A stretch of DNA of 64,000 nucleotides from Octopus sinensis (Eukaryota), in assembly GCF_006345805.1 (NCBI RefSeq), contig NC_042998.1, positions 143,282,001 through 143,346,000 on the forward strand. The letters are read 5' to 3'. Numbering within the stretch: the stretch's first letter is position 1; each line of letters opens with the position of its first letter. A model generated the notes under the pieces. That model ran no database searches. It saw nothing but the letters and a program-made list of their open reading frames with translations, and was not told the origin of the DNA. This document shows, one piece after another, positions 23,150 through 34,985 of this stretch. The translations under genes were made by a program, and so were the position numbers.

Positions 23150-23440
23150 CAAACAATAAAATCTATCCTTTCTCTTAATGGCATGTCCTTGTTTGTCCCC
23201 TCTATGTTTAGCCCCTTCTGGGCAATAAAGAAATAGGTATTTCGTCTGTCTTTACGTTCTGAGTTCAAATTCCGCCGAGGTCGACTTTGCCTTTCATCTT
23301 TTCGGGATCGATAAATTAAGTACCAGTTGCGTACTGGGGTCAATCTAATCGACTGGCCCCTCCCCCAAAATTTTGGGCCTTGTGCCTAGAGTAGAAAAGG
23401 CGGTGCCTCAGCATGGCCGCAGTCCAACGACTGAAATATT
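23150..23440 (+). mobile_element. Composite S2 SINE followed by an S1-like tail
   Basis: GTCCTTGTTTGTCCCCTCTATGTTTAGCCCC linker (also in the 6965 and 7935 dimers), S2 body, then GGCGGTGCCTCAGCATGGCCGCAGTC. Confidence 0.75.
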
Positions 23441-25317
23441 TAAAGCTTAAAAGAAGGACTAAAGCTACAATTATAGAAATGACAGTGGTTCTATCAAATT
23501 ATCAAATCTAATGTTTTGTTTTATTTATTATTTTCGTATATTTCCCCGCCTTGTACATAGAGAACCCCACATATGACATAGTACCCCGAGTAACAAGCCC
23601 AGTTACAGGGACTTTCAGCTGGGCCTAGTTTACAGGTACTTTAGCCAGACGTTGTAATTTTAGTCGCCAAATTGAGATGACTTTTTATAATCTACTTATA
23701 ATAATAGTGTTAACTTTCTATGTTAGCTTTTTACTTTTTACAATATCGTTTTATTAATGAGTCTAGCAGAAACACCGCCCTCTAGATATCATATTTGCAA
23801 GTATATGTCATGTTTGAAACTGCTGTGATGTGTATAACTGTAAACAAAGAAGAGATGAAAAGATAGATAGATGGATTGAAAGATAGATAGATAGGAGGGG
23901 GGCGTTAAATGCTGACGATCTCACAGTGAATTAAAATTTAGCTTTCTGATTGAATTGTGCTGTTGAAATCTTTAATAATAAAAGGACCTCGTAAACTACA
24001 TTTTGATTAAAAATATATTGTAATGTGAATTTTTAAGAATTTTCCTCGCAGTGTAGACTTGTGGCAATTGCTTTCACGAGTAAAAGTTTCACACTCATAA
24101 CTAATTAATAAACAACTTTCTTTGTTATGATATAAATTACTTTTACAGTTTCATAATCTGCCCTTCTTTTGTGCACGCAAAACGGCGAGTTGGTTAGAAC
24201 GTCTTGTGGCAGTATTTATTCCGACTCTCTGGTTTCTGAGTCCAAATCCCGACAAAGTCAATTTTATCTTTCTTGTTTATCAGATCGATAAAAAAAATAA
24301 TAATATACTAAACCAAATCGATGGATTGGCGGAACCGTCAGTGGGATCAGGAAAATTGAATAAACATTGATTAAACATTGGTGGCATGGAGTGGAGAAAG
24401 GGGACTTACATGTCTGGGCAAGTCATACTATTTATAAAAAAAGAATCTTGCCTAGCCCTGCGCATAGAAGTGTAGAAATTTGGTCAACACTGACCAACCA
24501 AATCCTTGAGATTAGGACTCAGAATGGGTTTGTGTTGGGCATTATTTTATTTGACTGTAAATAAAGGAGAAAAAAGCTAAATGTAAAAACATAAGAAAAG
24601 GAAATATCTATTCCAATTTCACTAAATTCTGATAAAAAATACAACTCCCCCTCCCAAATAAAACTGCATACACCGTGGAAATATACTCGAGATAAACTGA
24701 GAACAAAATTAATGAAACGAATGCATTTTGCTTTTATTGAGGAAACATCAAACTTGTTATCGTATTTAATTATTACATTATCTAATTATTCCATTATTTA
24801 ATTATTTAATTAGCCATTTAATTTATCAGAGAATCTACTGATTGAACAAACTCTTATATTTATTGTAACCATCCTATATTGATTGAACAGTTGTTATTTA
24901 TTAGGATGCTCGCTTTTACATCAGGGGCTCTGGTAACTGTTGCTGTTTTTATTCTCTTGTATTGAAGGTTTCACTGAACGAACATTATTTTCTCTTGTGT
25001 TATGTCATATGACGTCATATGACGTAACAATGAAGAGAAAGTAACATTCATTCTCTATTGTCACGTTTATGTACATCGCTTGGCCGAACGCGTAAAGAAA
25101 TCAGAATCTGGATTGAATGAAGGGCTACAGGCTTATATCTTATCATAGGTATTGCATTGCACACACACATCACTAAAATTAACTTGTGATCACAGAAACA
25201 AGTATAAACTGAAGAGGGACGTGGTGGTTTACAGCACCAATTTCAAAATATTCTATCGAACAAAAGTCAGTGAATTCGTACATTAGAAAAGAACAGTCAT
25301 AATCTTAACTACTACTA

Positions 25318-25635
25318 CGGGCACTCCGTCGGTTACGACGACGAGGATTCCAGTTGATTCGAGCAACGGAACAGCCTGATATGAACGTGTATGTGGCTGA
25401 GCACTCCACAGGTACATGTACCCTTAATGTAGTCCTCAGGGAGATTCAGCGTGAACAGAGTGTGACAAGGCTGGCCCCTTGAAATACAGGTACTCCTCAT
25501 TTTTGCTAGCTGAGTGAACTGGAGCAACGTGAAATAAAGTGTCTTGCTCAATGACACAACGCATCCTCGGGAATTGAACTTCCGGCCTTATGATTGTGAG
25601 CCGAATACCCTAACCATTAAGCCACGCACCTTCAC
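25318..25635 (-). mobile_element. SINE family S3, full length
   Basis: Head GTGCGTGGCTTAATGGTTAGGGTATTCGGCTCAC in reverse complement. Tail CTCGTCGTCGTAACCGACGGAGTGCC. Confidence 0.85.
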
Positions 25636-25705
25636 ATAAACTTAAGTAACCCGAGACAAATACAAAGAAAAGACATAAAGCAACAAGACTTGACATGACA
25701 TTATA

Positions 25706-26075
25706 TCTCTCTTTTATCTTTAGTTGTTTTAGCAATCCATTGGACTGCGGCCATGCAGGAACACAATCTTGAAGAGTTTTAGTCGGATCGGTTCTTCCCC
25801 GCTAATTCTAGTATTTATTATTTTTTTAAAAGTCTGGTCTCTTTTGCCCAACTGCTAAATTATGGGAGCGTAAACAAACTGACACTGGTTGTCGAACGGT
25901 AGGAGACGGTTAAACATAGACATAAAGACAGACGTATGACGGGTTTCTTTCAACATCCGTCTATTAAATTCACTCACAAGGCATGCATTGGTCGACGCAG
26001 GGCTATAGTACAAGATACTCGCCCTAGGTGCCATGCAATGGGATCAAGCCCAAAATCTAAGCAAACTTCTACTGG
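25706..26075 (-). mobile_element. SINE family S1, diverged
   Basis: TGGACTGCGGCCATGC and GACGGGTTTCTTTCAACATCCGTCTATTAAATTCACTCACAAGG. Confidence 0.7.
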
Positions 26076-26234
26076 AATAATCTTTAGCGTTCGTCGGGTG
26101 TCTCACATGGACTATTTTTGCAAATTATATGTAAATGTATCAGCAAAAACAGCGGTGAGCTTTTACTATTACATCCGTCTCACTTCGAAAGCGAAATGTG
26201 TGGTTCTCCTATAGTTTTTGATGACTATTAAAAC

Positions 26235-26412
26235 CAGTAGCATGGCAAGAGTATGTGTCGCCCGGGACAGCCCTTGAGTTTTGCCTTCATTACTACCATT
26301 GGGGCCTATACAGTCTATTCAGGCTTATACAGCAAACCCAAAAGTGCTGCCTCCATAAGAGCGTCACCGAAGGCAGCTCCCCCCCGCCCCGCACAACCTA
26401 GCTACGTAATTG
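26235..26412. mobile_element. Degenerate MITE, possibly hAT
   Basis: Ends CAGTAGC... and ...GCTACGTAATTG. Flanks ATTAAAAC/ATGAAAAT match at 6 of 8. Related to 8848-9006. Confidence 0.5.
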
Positions 26413-27375
26413 ATGAAAATCGTCCGAAGCGAACGGTTCTTTATGTAAACCCCTCACTTTCAGAGTTAGACGGCTGTAGATAGTAAAAGATAATCGGCGC
26501 TTTCGAACGAGATTGTGCCTGGTATTTGTTCCGCCAGAGTTGCTCGGATAAATCGCCTAACTCACTTTGAAAGGGAAATGTTTCGTCGGAAATTACTTGT
26601 TTAGGTAAATCTTCAGTTTCAAAATGAGGCGGGTGTAATAAGAAAAATTTACCCATACGATCAACGTGCAATTACTCTTCATCATCTAGTTTGTTTTAGG
26701 ATAACCTTTTGCCTTAAGTTTATTCTCTAACCAGCTGACATCGCTTCCATTGATTGCATCGAGAACGTTCCAGCATATTATTCAATAATTATATTGATCT
26801 ATATGAAAATAATAAAATCCGCTTTGATCTTTGTACTGGAAATATATGTAAACCTATGTCGTAGGTACACAAACATCAAATTCACTTATTTCACCGAAGA
26901 TTAAAAAGTATGAAGGACAGCCTTAATTGAACTTTGATTCTTACTAGAGTCTCACCAAAGGTGCCTACATCATTTGACTAATCCAGCAAGTCACTTATCA
27001 AGTTTATATACACATCAAGTCTAGTACCCTTCAGTGAAATGGAGCTATTAATTTGCATACTATACGTTTAACTCATTATTTAATATCAGAGGACTAAGTT
27101 CACTATTATTAGTTGGGCCACTTTCTGGACATTCCGGCAAAATACAATAACAGCAGTTGACTGAAATTGAACTCACTACGTTTACAATCCCAGAAATAAA
27201 CAACAACCACAATCAAGCAGTTGCTTGAATTATGAATTTTGTCATTGCTTCTTGTACCGTTACTTATATATAAATTGTTTACGGTGTTTCTTATTCGGCC
27301 AGGCGGCCCGAGTTCAATTCCCGGTATTGGAACGTACTGTTTTAGAGTATGTTAAGAATGGTAGCATTTTTTTAA

Positions 27376-27705
27376 GGCGCAGACATTGCCGTGTGGTTAA
27401 GGAGCTCGCTTTGCAATCACGTGGTGTCGGGTTCAGTCGCACTGTGCAGTACCTTCGGTAAGTATCTTCTACTATAGCCCAAGGCCGACCAATTCCTTGT
27501 GAGATAATTTAGTAAGCCGATACTGTGTTGATGCCTGTCATACATGTCTAATTATATGTGTGCGTCTCTGTCAACATCATTCTCCACTACTTGACAACAA
27601 GTGTTGGCTTGTTTACGTCCCCGTAACTTAGCGATTCGGTTAAAAATAAAAAAAAGAGGCCGATAGGATAAATACCAGACTTAAAGGGAAATAAGTGCTA
27701 GGGTT
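27376..27705 (+). mobile_element. SINE family S1, diverged
   Basis: Head GCCGTGTGGTTAAGGAGC..GGGTTCAGTCGCAC plus TTTACGTCCCCGTAACTTAGCG. Confidence 0.75.
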
Positions 27706-28984
27706 GAAAGTAGTAAAAATTTTTAAAAAAAGGGAAAAATATAAATTATTTTTATCTAATAACTTCGATGACCGACAGATTTTAAAGAAAGAATTGGCTT
27801 TGTGTTTATCAAATTTCGTTATCATTTCATCTTCGCATAAATCCACGTTTATATTCTATGAAATCTCTTAGTCTTCACGTTTCAGAACATACATAACTTT
27901 TTTATTCAGGTTAGAATATCCTGGGTAAGTAAGATTAAACAGCATAAATATAGAGACAAAGTTACCCTACCAATTGGATATTATTAGATGTATTAGAAGC
28001 CGGCGCCTAATAACTCAACCATAGTTCTCCTTTATGCTATATAAATTGTACCAAAGAATATATTTTGGTTGGGTGACGGAACAACAAAAGTCTGCCTGAA
28101 GTTCCAAATGCAAAATAATTATCGTTAGCACAATGTTGTTTCGACGAACGACAGATAAGAAAATTGCAGCAAAGCTGCATGGTAGTGGTGTTAGACTTGG
28201 CATGCAAAACGTCATATAACTTGTTCTATTCTTCTCTTCCGTTTTATTTTGACATGCGCATTGCGTTTTTTATTCTTCTCTTCTGTTTTACGAATTCAGT
28301 GTGAACATGCTCATTGCGTCTTCGTACTTCTCTTTCCGGTTCCTTCTCAAAACTGTTTACAGATCACAACCATATCACGAGCCTGCGTTGGTGAGGAGTG
28401 TTTCGCGCTCCGATGATTGTGAAAATAAGAATTTTAAATCAAGTGAAGCAGTTCATGTGAGATGTGTATCAGTAACGATATTAGCTGTCGTTGAGTGGAC
28501 TGAAGTCGTCATTGACGTTGCCATACTCCATAGCCGAAATTGAGTGGAGTAGATTCCTGCAGCCGTTGATTTTGGCCATGTCCCGACCATTTACAAGCCA
28601 GTGGACACACTATCTATAATATAGCTTATGTCTGTCAAAGAAAAGGCACCCAAGACGAAATCGTTAATGAGACTTCAATATGTTGTCTATTACAAAAAAA
28701 TGTTTATACACTTGGATTCTGGTGAATAGCACATCTATTGGTTCTTTTTCTTTCTGTTTCGCTGCTGAAACTAGTAACCGTTAAGTTATTAATGTTTATC
28801 AGAGCCTTGCATCCTGTTTATTATCTAGTTCATTTTACGCCTGACCATGCCAATATTCCTGCTACAAAATTATTTCGCAATGGTGCCCTGCCACGAAACT
28901 ATATTCTAATGGTGGGATTTTGCTGATGGAGAAGGCCGAAATTTGCCATCCATCGCTCCAGAGTTAACAAAACAAATACATTTA

Positions 28985-29170
28985 GATGGTGAGTTGGCAG
29001 AATAGTTAGAGCATCGAAAGAAATACTTTGCTCTTGACCTTCTGAGTTCAGATCCCGCCGAGATCAACTTTGCTTTTTATTTCTCCAGGCTCGATAAAAT
29101 AAAGTATTAGTCAATCCTGAAATCGATGGTACGGGCTAACATCCCTTCCCTCAAAATTTTTGGCTTTGTG
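28985..29170 (+). mobile_element. SINE family S2
   Basis: GGTGAGTTGGCAGAATAGTTAG...TTCTGAGTTCAGATCCCGCCGAG. Confidence 0.7.
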
Positions 29171-29589
29171 TCTGTCAAAACCTAGAAATTTACTGTAGAA
29201 TCGATTTACTCACTTAAACCTTTTCTACTCCGATTTCAAAGACTACTTGATCCCTCTCTCCCTCACTCTTAGTCCTCTACCTTCCACACTCCCATACACA
29301 CAAACTGAAGGTAGATATTTTTCGCTCATATGGCGAGGAGAAAAAAAGAAAACGAAAAAGAAAAAACAGAAACCTGTCTCAGAGATGTAACAATGAAAGG
29401 GTTACAGCCCAACCTTGCTTTACGATTGAATATTTTTCATTCCATCTCTTTTTGCAGTAACTAATTTAATCATCGACAGGATGCATTGTCCATCGACCTC
29501 CAGTACAAAAAAGCCCAACTGGCCATGTCTTTCCTACTCGGGAGAGATTGCTTTAGAAAGAAACCCTTCGGCGTTGGCTATGAGGTTAT

Positions 29590-29675
<86 letters not shown>

Positions 29676-29689
29676 TGCGGCTGTATGGA

Positions 29690-30118
29690 AAGGCGGCGAG
29701 CAGGCAGAAACGTTACGTTCTGAGTTCAAATTCCACAGGGGTCGACTTTGTCTGTTCTTGTTTGTCCCCTTTATGTTTAGCCCCTTGTGGGCAATAAAGA
29801 AATAAGAAGTTTGCTTCCCATCCACATGGCTCCGGGTTCACTCCCACTGTGTGGCATCTTGGGAGAGTGTCTTCTAATATAGCCTTGTAAGCAGATTTGG
29901 TAGACAGAAACTGAAAGAAGTCCGTCGTATGTGTGTGTGTCACCATCGCTTGACAACTGGTGTTGGTGCGTTCACGTCCCCGTAACTTAGCGGTTTAGTA
30001 AAGAGACCAACAGAATAAGATAAGAAATAAATAAGTACTGGGCTCGAGTCGTTCGACTAAAAATTCAAGGCGGTGCTCCAGCATGGTCGCAGTCTAATAA
30101 CTGAAAGAAATAAAAGAT
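29690..30118 (+). mobile_element. S2 fragment with linker, joined to an S1 SINE
   Basis: GGCGGCGAGCAGGCAGAAACGTTACGTTCTGAG at 29692, then an S1 body from about 29805. Confidence 0.75.
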
Positions 30119-30227
30119 GTATATATACATATATAATACTGTATAAAGAAATAATATACCGAAATAACGACAGTAACAATATGGCTTTTTGACAACAGCA
30201 GCAACTACAACAACAACAACAATTACA

Positions 30228-30300
<73 letters not shown>

Positions 30301-30750
30301 TACTACTACTACTAGAACTGGATGTATTGACATGCACCAAAGACATACTGTCAATGAATGAATTAGTCTGTTCTATTTTGAAGCACATCTAATTGTTGTA
30401 TGGATATGGTGAGTGTATGTGTATCTGTGTTTAAGTGTTTGTATGTGTGTGTATGTGTGTACATGGACGTGTATGTGAGTGTATGGGGATGTGTGTGTAT
30501 GTGTAAGTGGGCCTTATGTATGACTGTATAGTATTTTCTCCAAGATATATTTATATTTAAAGACACCTCAGCCATTAGCAAAATCAGAATATTCCATCGT
30601 CCTGAAACATTATACGTCGACATTACAACACACACACACACCAGACATACACCCATACATACACACATACGGGCACATACAAACATATACACAACACACA
30701 CGCAAACACATAGATAAGCAAATATAAAGATACGAAAACACATTTGCATA

Positions 30751-30826
<76 letters not shown>

Positions 30827-30904
30827 CACACATTCATGCGTACCCCCTACACACATGTAATACATGAAAATCTGTGTGCGTGTGTATAAATATATATGTA
30901 TATG

Positions 30905-30968
<64 letters not shown>

Positions 30969-31018
30969 ATATATATATTCATATGTACATATATAGATGT
31001 GCAAATACATACATATGT

Positions 31019-31069
<51 letters not shown>

Positions 31070-31589
31070 CACATACATAAAAATCATGCATACATATATA
31101 TATACATATATATATGTGTGTGTATATGTAATGAAAGACACACGCATATATCGACACATATATACAGACACAGACACACATATGCACAGACACACATACG
31201 CACATACACACATACACGCATGTATACATATGTAAACTTTTGGGACACTTAAGCAACTAATCTTCCTCAGCACCAATCTTTAGCATCTTGTCGTCACAAA
31301 AATCAAAAAATGTAAAAATATGTAAAAGACTACTCAATTTTTGCCGGCAGCATGTACTCATGTACACGGACAGACATATAAGCTTAGTATGTATGTCTAC
31401 AGTCAAAACACAAATTCATATACGCTCAGACCTGCATATAAGCGTACACCTAACTTTTAATATGTGCGCATCCATCCATCCATCGACCATCCATTTATCC
31501 ATCCATCCATCCATCCATCCATCCATCCATCCATCCATCCATCCATCCATATATACATACATACATAATTACTGGTGTAGTTGGCTATG

Positions 31590-31720
31590 TAACTAAGTGC
31601 TTAAGCACCAATGTTGAGAAATTAGGGACCTCAAAACTAGAAGAGGAAGCTACTTTGAAAACTACAGATACAAGCTATCAAAGGAACTGTAAAAATGTGT
31701 AAAACTTTCCAAAAGGTTAG
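31590..31720 (+). mobile_element. RLE LINE C-terminal fragment, same family as 11543-12170
   Basis: EKLGTSKLEEEATLKLQIQAIKGTVKMCKTF resembles KLGF..LQIQSVNGAVKLCKTF. Confidence 0.5.
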
Positions 31721-31813
31721 CACATATATGTACGAGTATACATAAAACAAAACATACATTGGCTACGAATATAGAAATAAAGCTAAATAACATACATACA
31801 TATATACTTATGT

Positions 31814-33719
31814 GATGATGGCCGTCCACTCGTGACCGAGAAGACCATTGCTGACCTTCAGGAACATTGTGCGCTCTATGACTAACTTATATTTTGCATT
31901 TGCGGCTCCGTTGGTAGCTAATGAGCCCTGCTCTTGACAAGCATACACGACTGCAAACATTGCAGACCAAGCTTTCCCCATTCACTATACGAGCCGTGCA
32001 CTTTCGCGCAGCTCGCTTAAGTTCTTCATGCTGGATACGAGCTCTCTCAAAAGTGTCGATCCCCTCCTTAACCTGCTTCCTCCATCTGTGGCGATGACAG
32101 GCATTGTTCTCCCAGTCAGTGTCCTGCATATCAAAGGCCTTTAACGAGGACTTGACACAGTCCTTAAATCGCAGCGTTGGTTTCTGCTGGAGTCTCCTTC
32201 CATTCACAAGTTCTCCATAGAACATCTGCTTAGGAATCCTTCTATCCTCCATTTTAATAAGGTGTCCAGTCCAACGCAACCGGTGCTTGTGTACCATCGC
32301 CTCAGTACTCAAGATATCAGCTGTCATCAGGATCTGTGTGTCTGGAATTTTTGAGGTCCAGCCAACATTGAGAATGTGTCTGAGACATTTCTGATGAAAA
32401 CGTTCAAGGACCCTGACCTGACGTTTGTACAGAGTCCATGTCTCACATGAGTAGAGAAGCGATGTCAGTACACAAGCACGGTACACAGCAACTTTTGTTC
32501 TCCTTGCGATACCATGTTGGGACCAGACACGAGACTGAAGAGACCGGAAGGAATTAGTTGCGCTCTGCAACCTGAAAGATATTTCCTCATCCAGGGAGCA
32601 AGAACGGCTGAGTGTGCTGCCCAGGTAGACAAACTTGTCTACTACCTTCAGAATCGTTCCTTCAACCAAGATAGCTGGTTCTATATATGAATTTCCTGGT
32701 GCAGGCTGGAACATTACAACAGTCTTGTCCAGGCTAATGCTGAGTCCAAATGCCCTGCAAGAAGCAGAAATGCAATTCATGAGTATTTGCATGTCATCCA
32801 CTGTATGAGTGACTAAGTCACAGTCATCTGCATAAAGGAGGTCACGAATAATAGACTGGGAAACCTTTGAATTGGCAGCAAATCGGCGAAGATTAAAGAG
32901 GCGGCCAGAAGATCGATATCTGACATATATTCCCAGAGAGCTAACCTTAGCAAAAGCATGAGTAAAAGTAGCAGCAAAGTACAAAGAAAAGAGAGTTGGG
33001 GCAAGGATGTCACCCTGCTTAACACCATTCTCTACAGGAATGGGTCCTGCCATGGCACCATCAACATTGACCCAAGCCTCCATCCCATTATGAAATGATT
33101 TAATTATTGATACAAAGTGATCCGGACATCCAAGTTTGCCAAGTATTTTCCATAGAAAGGCCCTATTTACAGTATCAAAGGCCTTAGTTAAATCAATGAA
33201 TACCTGGACAAGATCCATATTCTGCTCATAGCACTTCTCCTGCATCTGTCTTGCTGTGAAAATCATATCCATTGTCCCTCTACCAGATCGGAAGCCACAT
33301 TGAGATTCAGATAGGACATCATTTACGAGACACCCATTCAGACGGGTAAGAAGAATATTTGCCAGAACCTTGCCAGCAGCTGATAGTAGAGCAATACCTC
33401 TGTAGTTACCACACATTGTTCTGGCTCCTTTTCCTTTATACAGAGGAAGAATAATTGCATCCTTTCAGCTTGCTTGGTGAGGAGGGTGTTTATTGGACAC
33501 CCTGCAGGATGAAAAAACAAAACCCGCTAAAGGGCAGAGGACCTCTTGAGAGTCAACGGCCATCCAATAAATGTTAGCACGGGTACATAGAAATTCCGGG
33601 GTGGTGTCCGGCGTGCTGAAAGACCACTGGGAGTGAGGCGCCCCTCAGCTTTTGTTAAAGTACGTCTCTAGGAGAAGGTCACTCTGATATAAAACCAGAT
33701 ATGCAGGGAATGGCATTGA
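31814..33719 (-). mobile_element. RTE/BovB-like LINE derivative lacking the endonuclease domain
   Basis: 16-bp TSD ACATA(T/C)ATACTTATGT at 31798-31813 and 33720-33735 (one mismatch). About 250 bp of 5' UTR-like sequence joins directly to the RT-coding region. Confidence 0.9.
31887..33416 (-). CDS. RTE-clade reverse transcriptase, 509 aa, N-terminally incomplete
   Basis: NYRGIALLS, QCGFR, FIDLTKAFDTV, GVKQGDILAPTLF, LLYADD, FVYLGS, LRWTGH and a C-terminal CNVC motif. Confidence 0.9.
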   Translation of the reverse strand: MCGNYRGIALLSAAGKVLANILLTRLNGCLVNDVLSESQCGFRSGRGTMDMIFTARQMQEKCYEQNMDLVQVFIDLTKAFDTVNRAFLWKILGKLGCPDHFVSIIKSFHNGMEAWVNVDGAMAGPIPVENGVKQGDILAPTLFSLYFAATFTHAFAKVSSLGIYVRYRSSGRLFNLRRFAANSKVSQSIIRDLLYADDCDLVTHTVDDMQILMNCISASCRAFGLSISLDKTVVMFQPAPGNSYIEPAILVEGTILKVVDKFVYLGSTLSRSCSLDEEISFRLQSATNSFRSLQSRVWSQHGIARRTKVAVYRACVLTSLLYSCETWTLYKRQVRVLERFHQKCLRHILNVGWTSKIPDTQILMTADILSTEAMVHKHRLRWTGHLIKMEDRRIPKQMFYGELVNGRRLQQKPTLRFKDCVKSSLKAFDMQDTDWENNACHRHRWRKQVKEGIDTFERARIQHEELKRAARKCTARIVNGESLVCNVCSRVCLSRAGLISYQRSRKCKI

Positions 33720-34039
33720 ACATACATACTTATGTACGTAGGTACATACATACATACATACATACATACATACATACATACATACATACATACATACATA
33801 CATGCTTATGTACGTAGGTACATACATACATACATACATACATACATACATACATACATACATGCTTATGTACGTAGGTACATACATACATACATACATA
33901 CATACATACATACATACATACATACATACATAATATATACATACATACGTACGTACACACATTCATACATACATGCATAATACACACATACTCTGACCTG
34001 GATCTACGAGTGGAAAAACTGCATAACGCAAAATCATTA

Positions 34040-34765
34040 TGCATGGTTATGTTTCGCTTAACTTTGGAGATGCTGCTGATATTAACATGAAGGGTAGTCC
34101 ACCTGGGGCTCGCAACCGTTACATCGCGTCACATTTCGAAGATGACGTTTTTGTAGTCCAGGGTCAAGAGGTAGCTACGAAATACATAATGAACAAAGAA
34201 GACAGTGAAGTCCTTGAACCCCTATGGTGCAACCAGAAATGTCGGTTATGTCCCAGTCCTGTAGAAGACATTACACATGTAATTAGTAACTGGCCCATAA
34301 TGTCATGGAGGTACTAATTCCCATTGGATATGAAATTATTGCTAAAAGAATATGAATTGCTATCCGTAAGAAAGACTAGCCTGAGACGAATATAAACGAC
34401 GCCTCTTTTATTGATTACATACATAATAACACAAGGAATTTGGCAAACGCAATAAGAGGCCTAATGTTGTTGTTTGGGAGAAAAAAAAAGAATTTAAAAA
34501 AACCCTACAATTCTGAAAATTTCTTCTAAAGATGATTAGAAAAATAATATTTATGGACAACTGCTTCAAAACCTGCAGTTTTTCTATCCTGATTATAAAT
34601 TCGCATTTATACCAATAATCATTAGTGCATTTGGTTTTGTTAATAAATCTGGGAAAGCTTGGATTTTTGAGCAAAGAAAGTGACCGGTTAACGTGTTTTT
34701 CACAGATAAAACTTTGTAAGCGGAACGGTAAAAATATACAAGACTTATTAAAATTCAACAAATAA
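34040..34765 (+). pseudogene. RLE-type LINE C-terminal region, decayed
   Basis: CRLC..VEDITHVISN zinc knuckle, NKRPNVVVWEK, NLQFFYPDYKFAFIPIIISAFG and VSGTVKIYKT. Same family as 11543-12170. Confidence 0.7.
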
Positions 34766-34769
34766 TGTT

Positions 34770-34919
34770 TAATTTTAATCTCAAACTTCCAACGATGGAG
34801 CTTTGTTTCTCTGCATAACTCTACTTGGTACATGCTCATACCAGTTCTCTGTTACTTCATATTGGTATTTACGGCATAAGAGCCAATGAAGATACACACA
34901 CACACACACGCACGCACAC

Positions 34920-34985
<66 letters not shown>

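Noticed and set aside
26441-26671. 76-aa minus-strand ORF in non-repetitive sequence
   Set aside because: No recognisable motif, no ATG and no convincing splice-site pair.
28923-28952. CTGATGG...CCGAAA hammerhead-like string
   Set aside because: A9 is missing and stems I-III do not pair.
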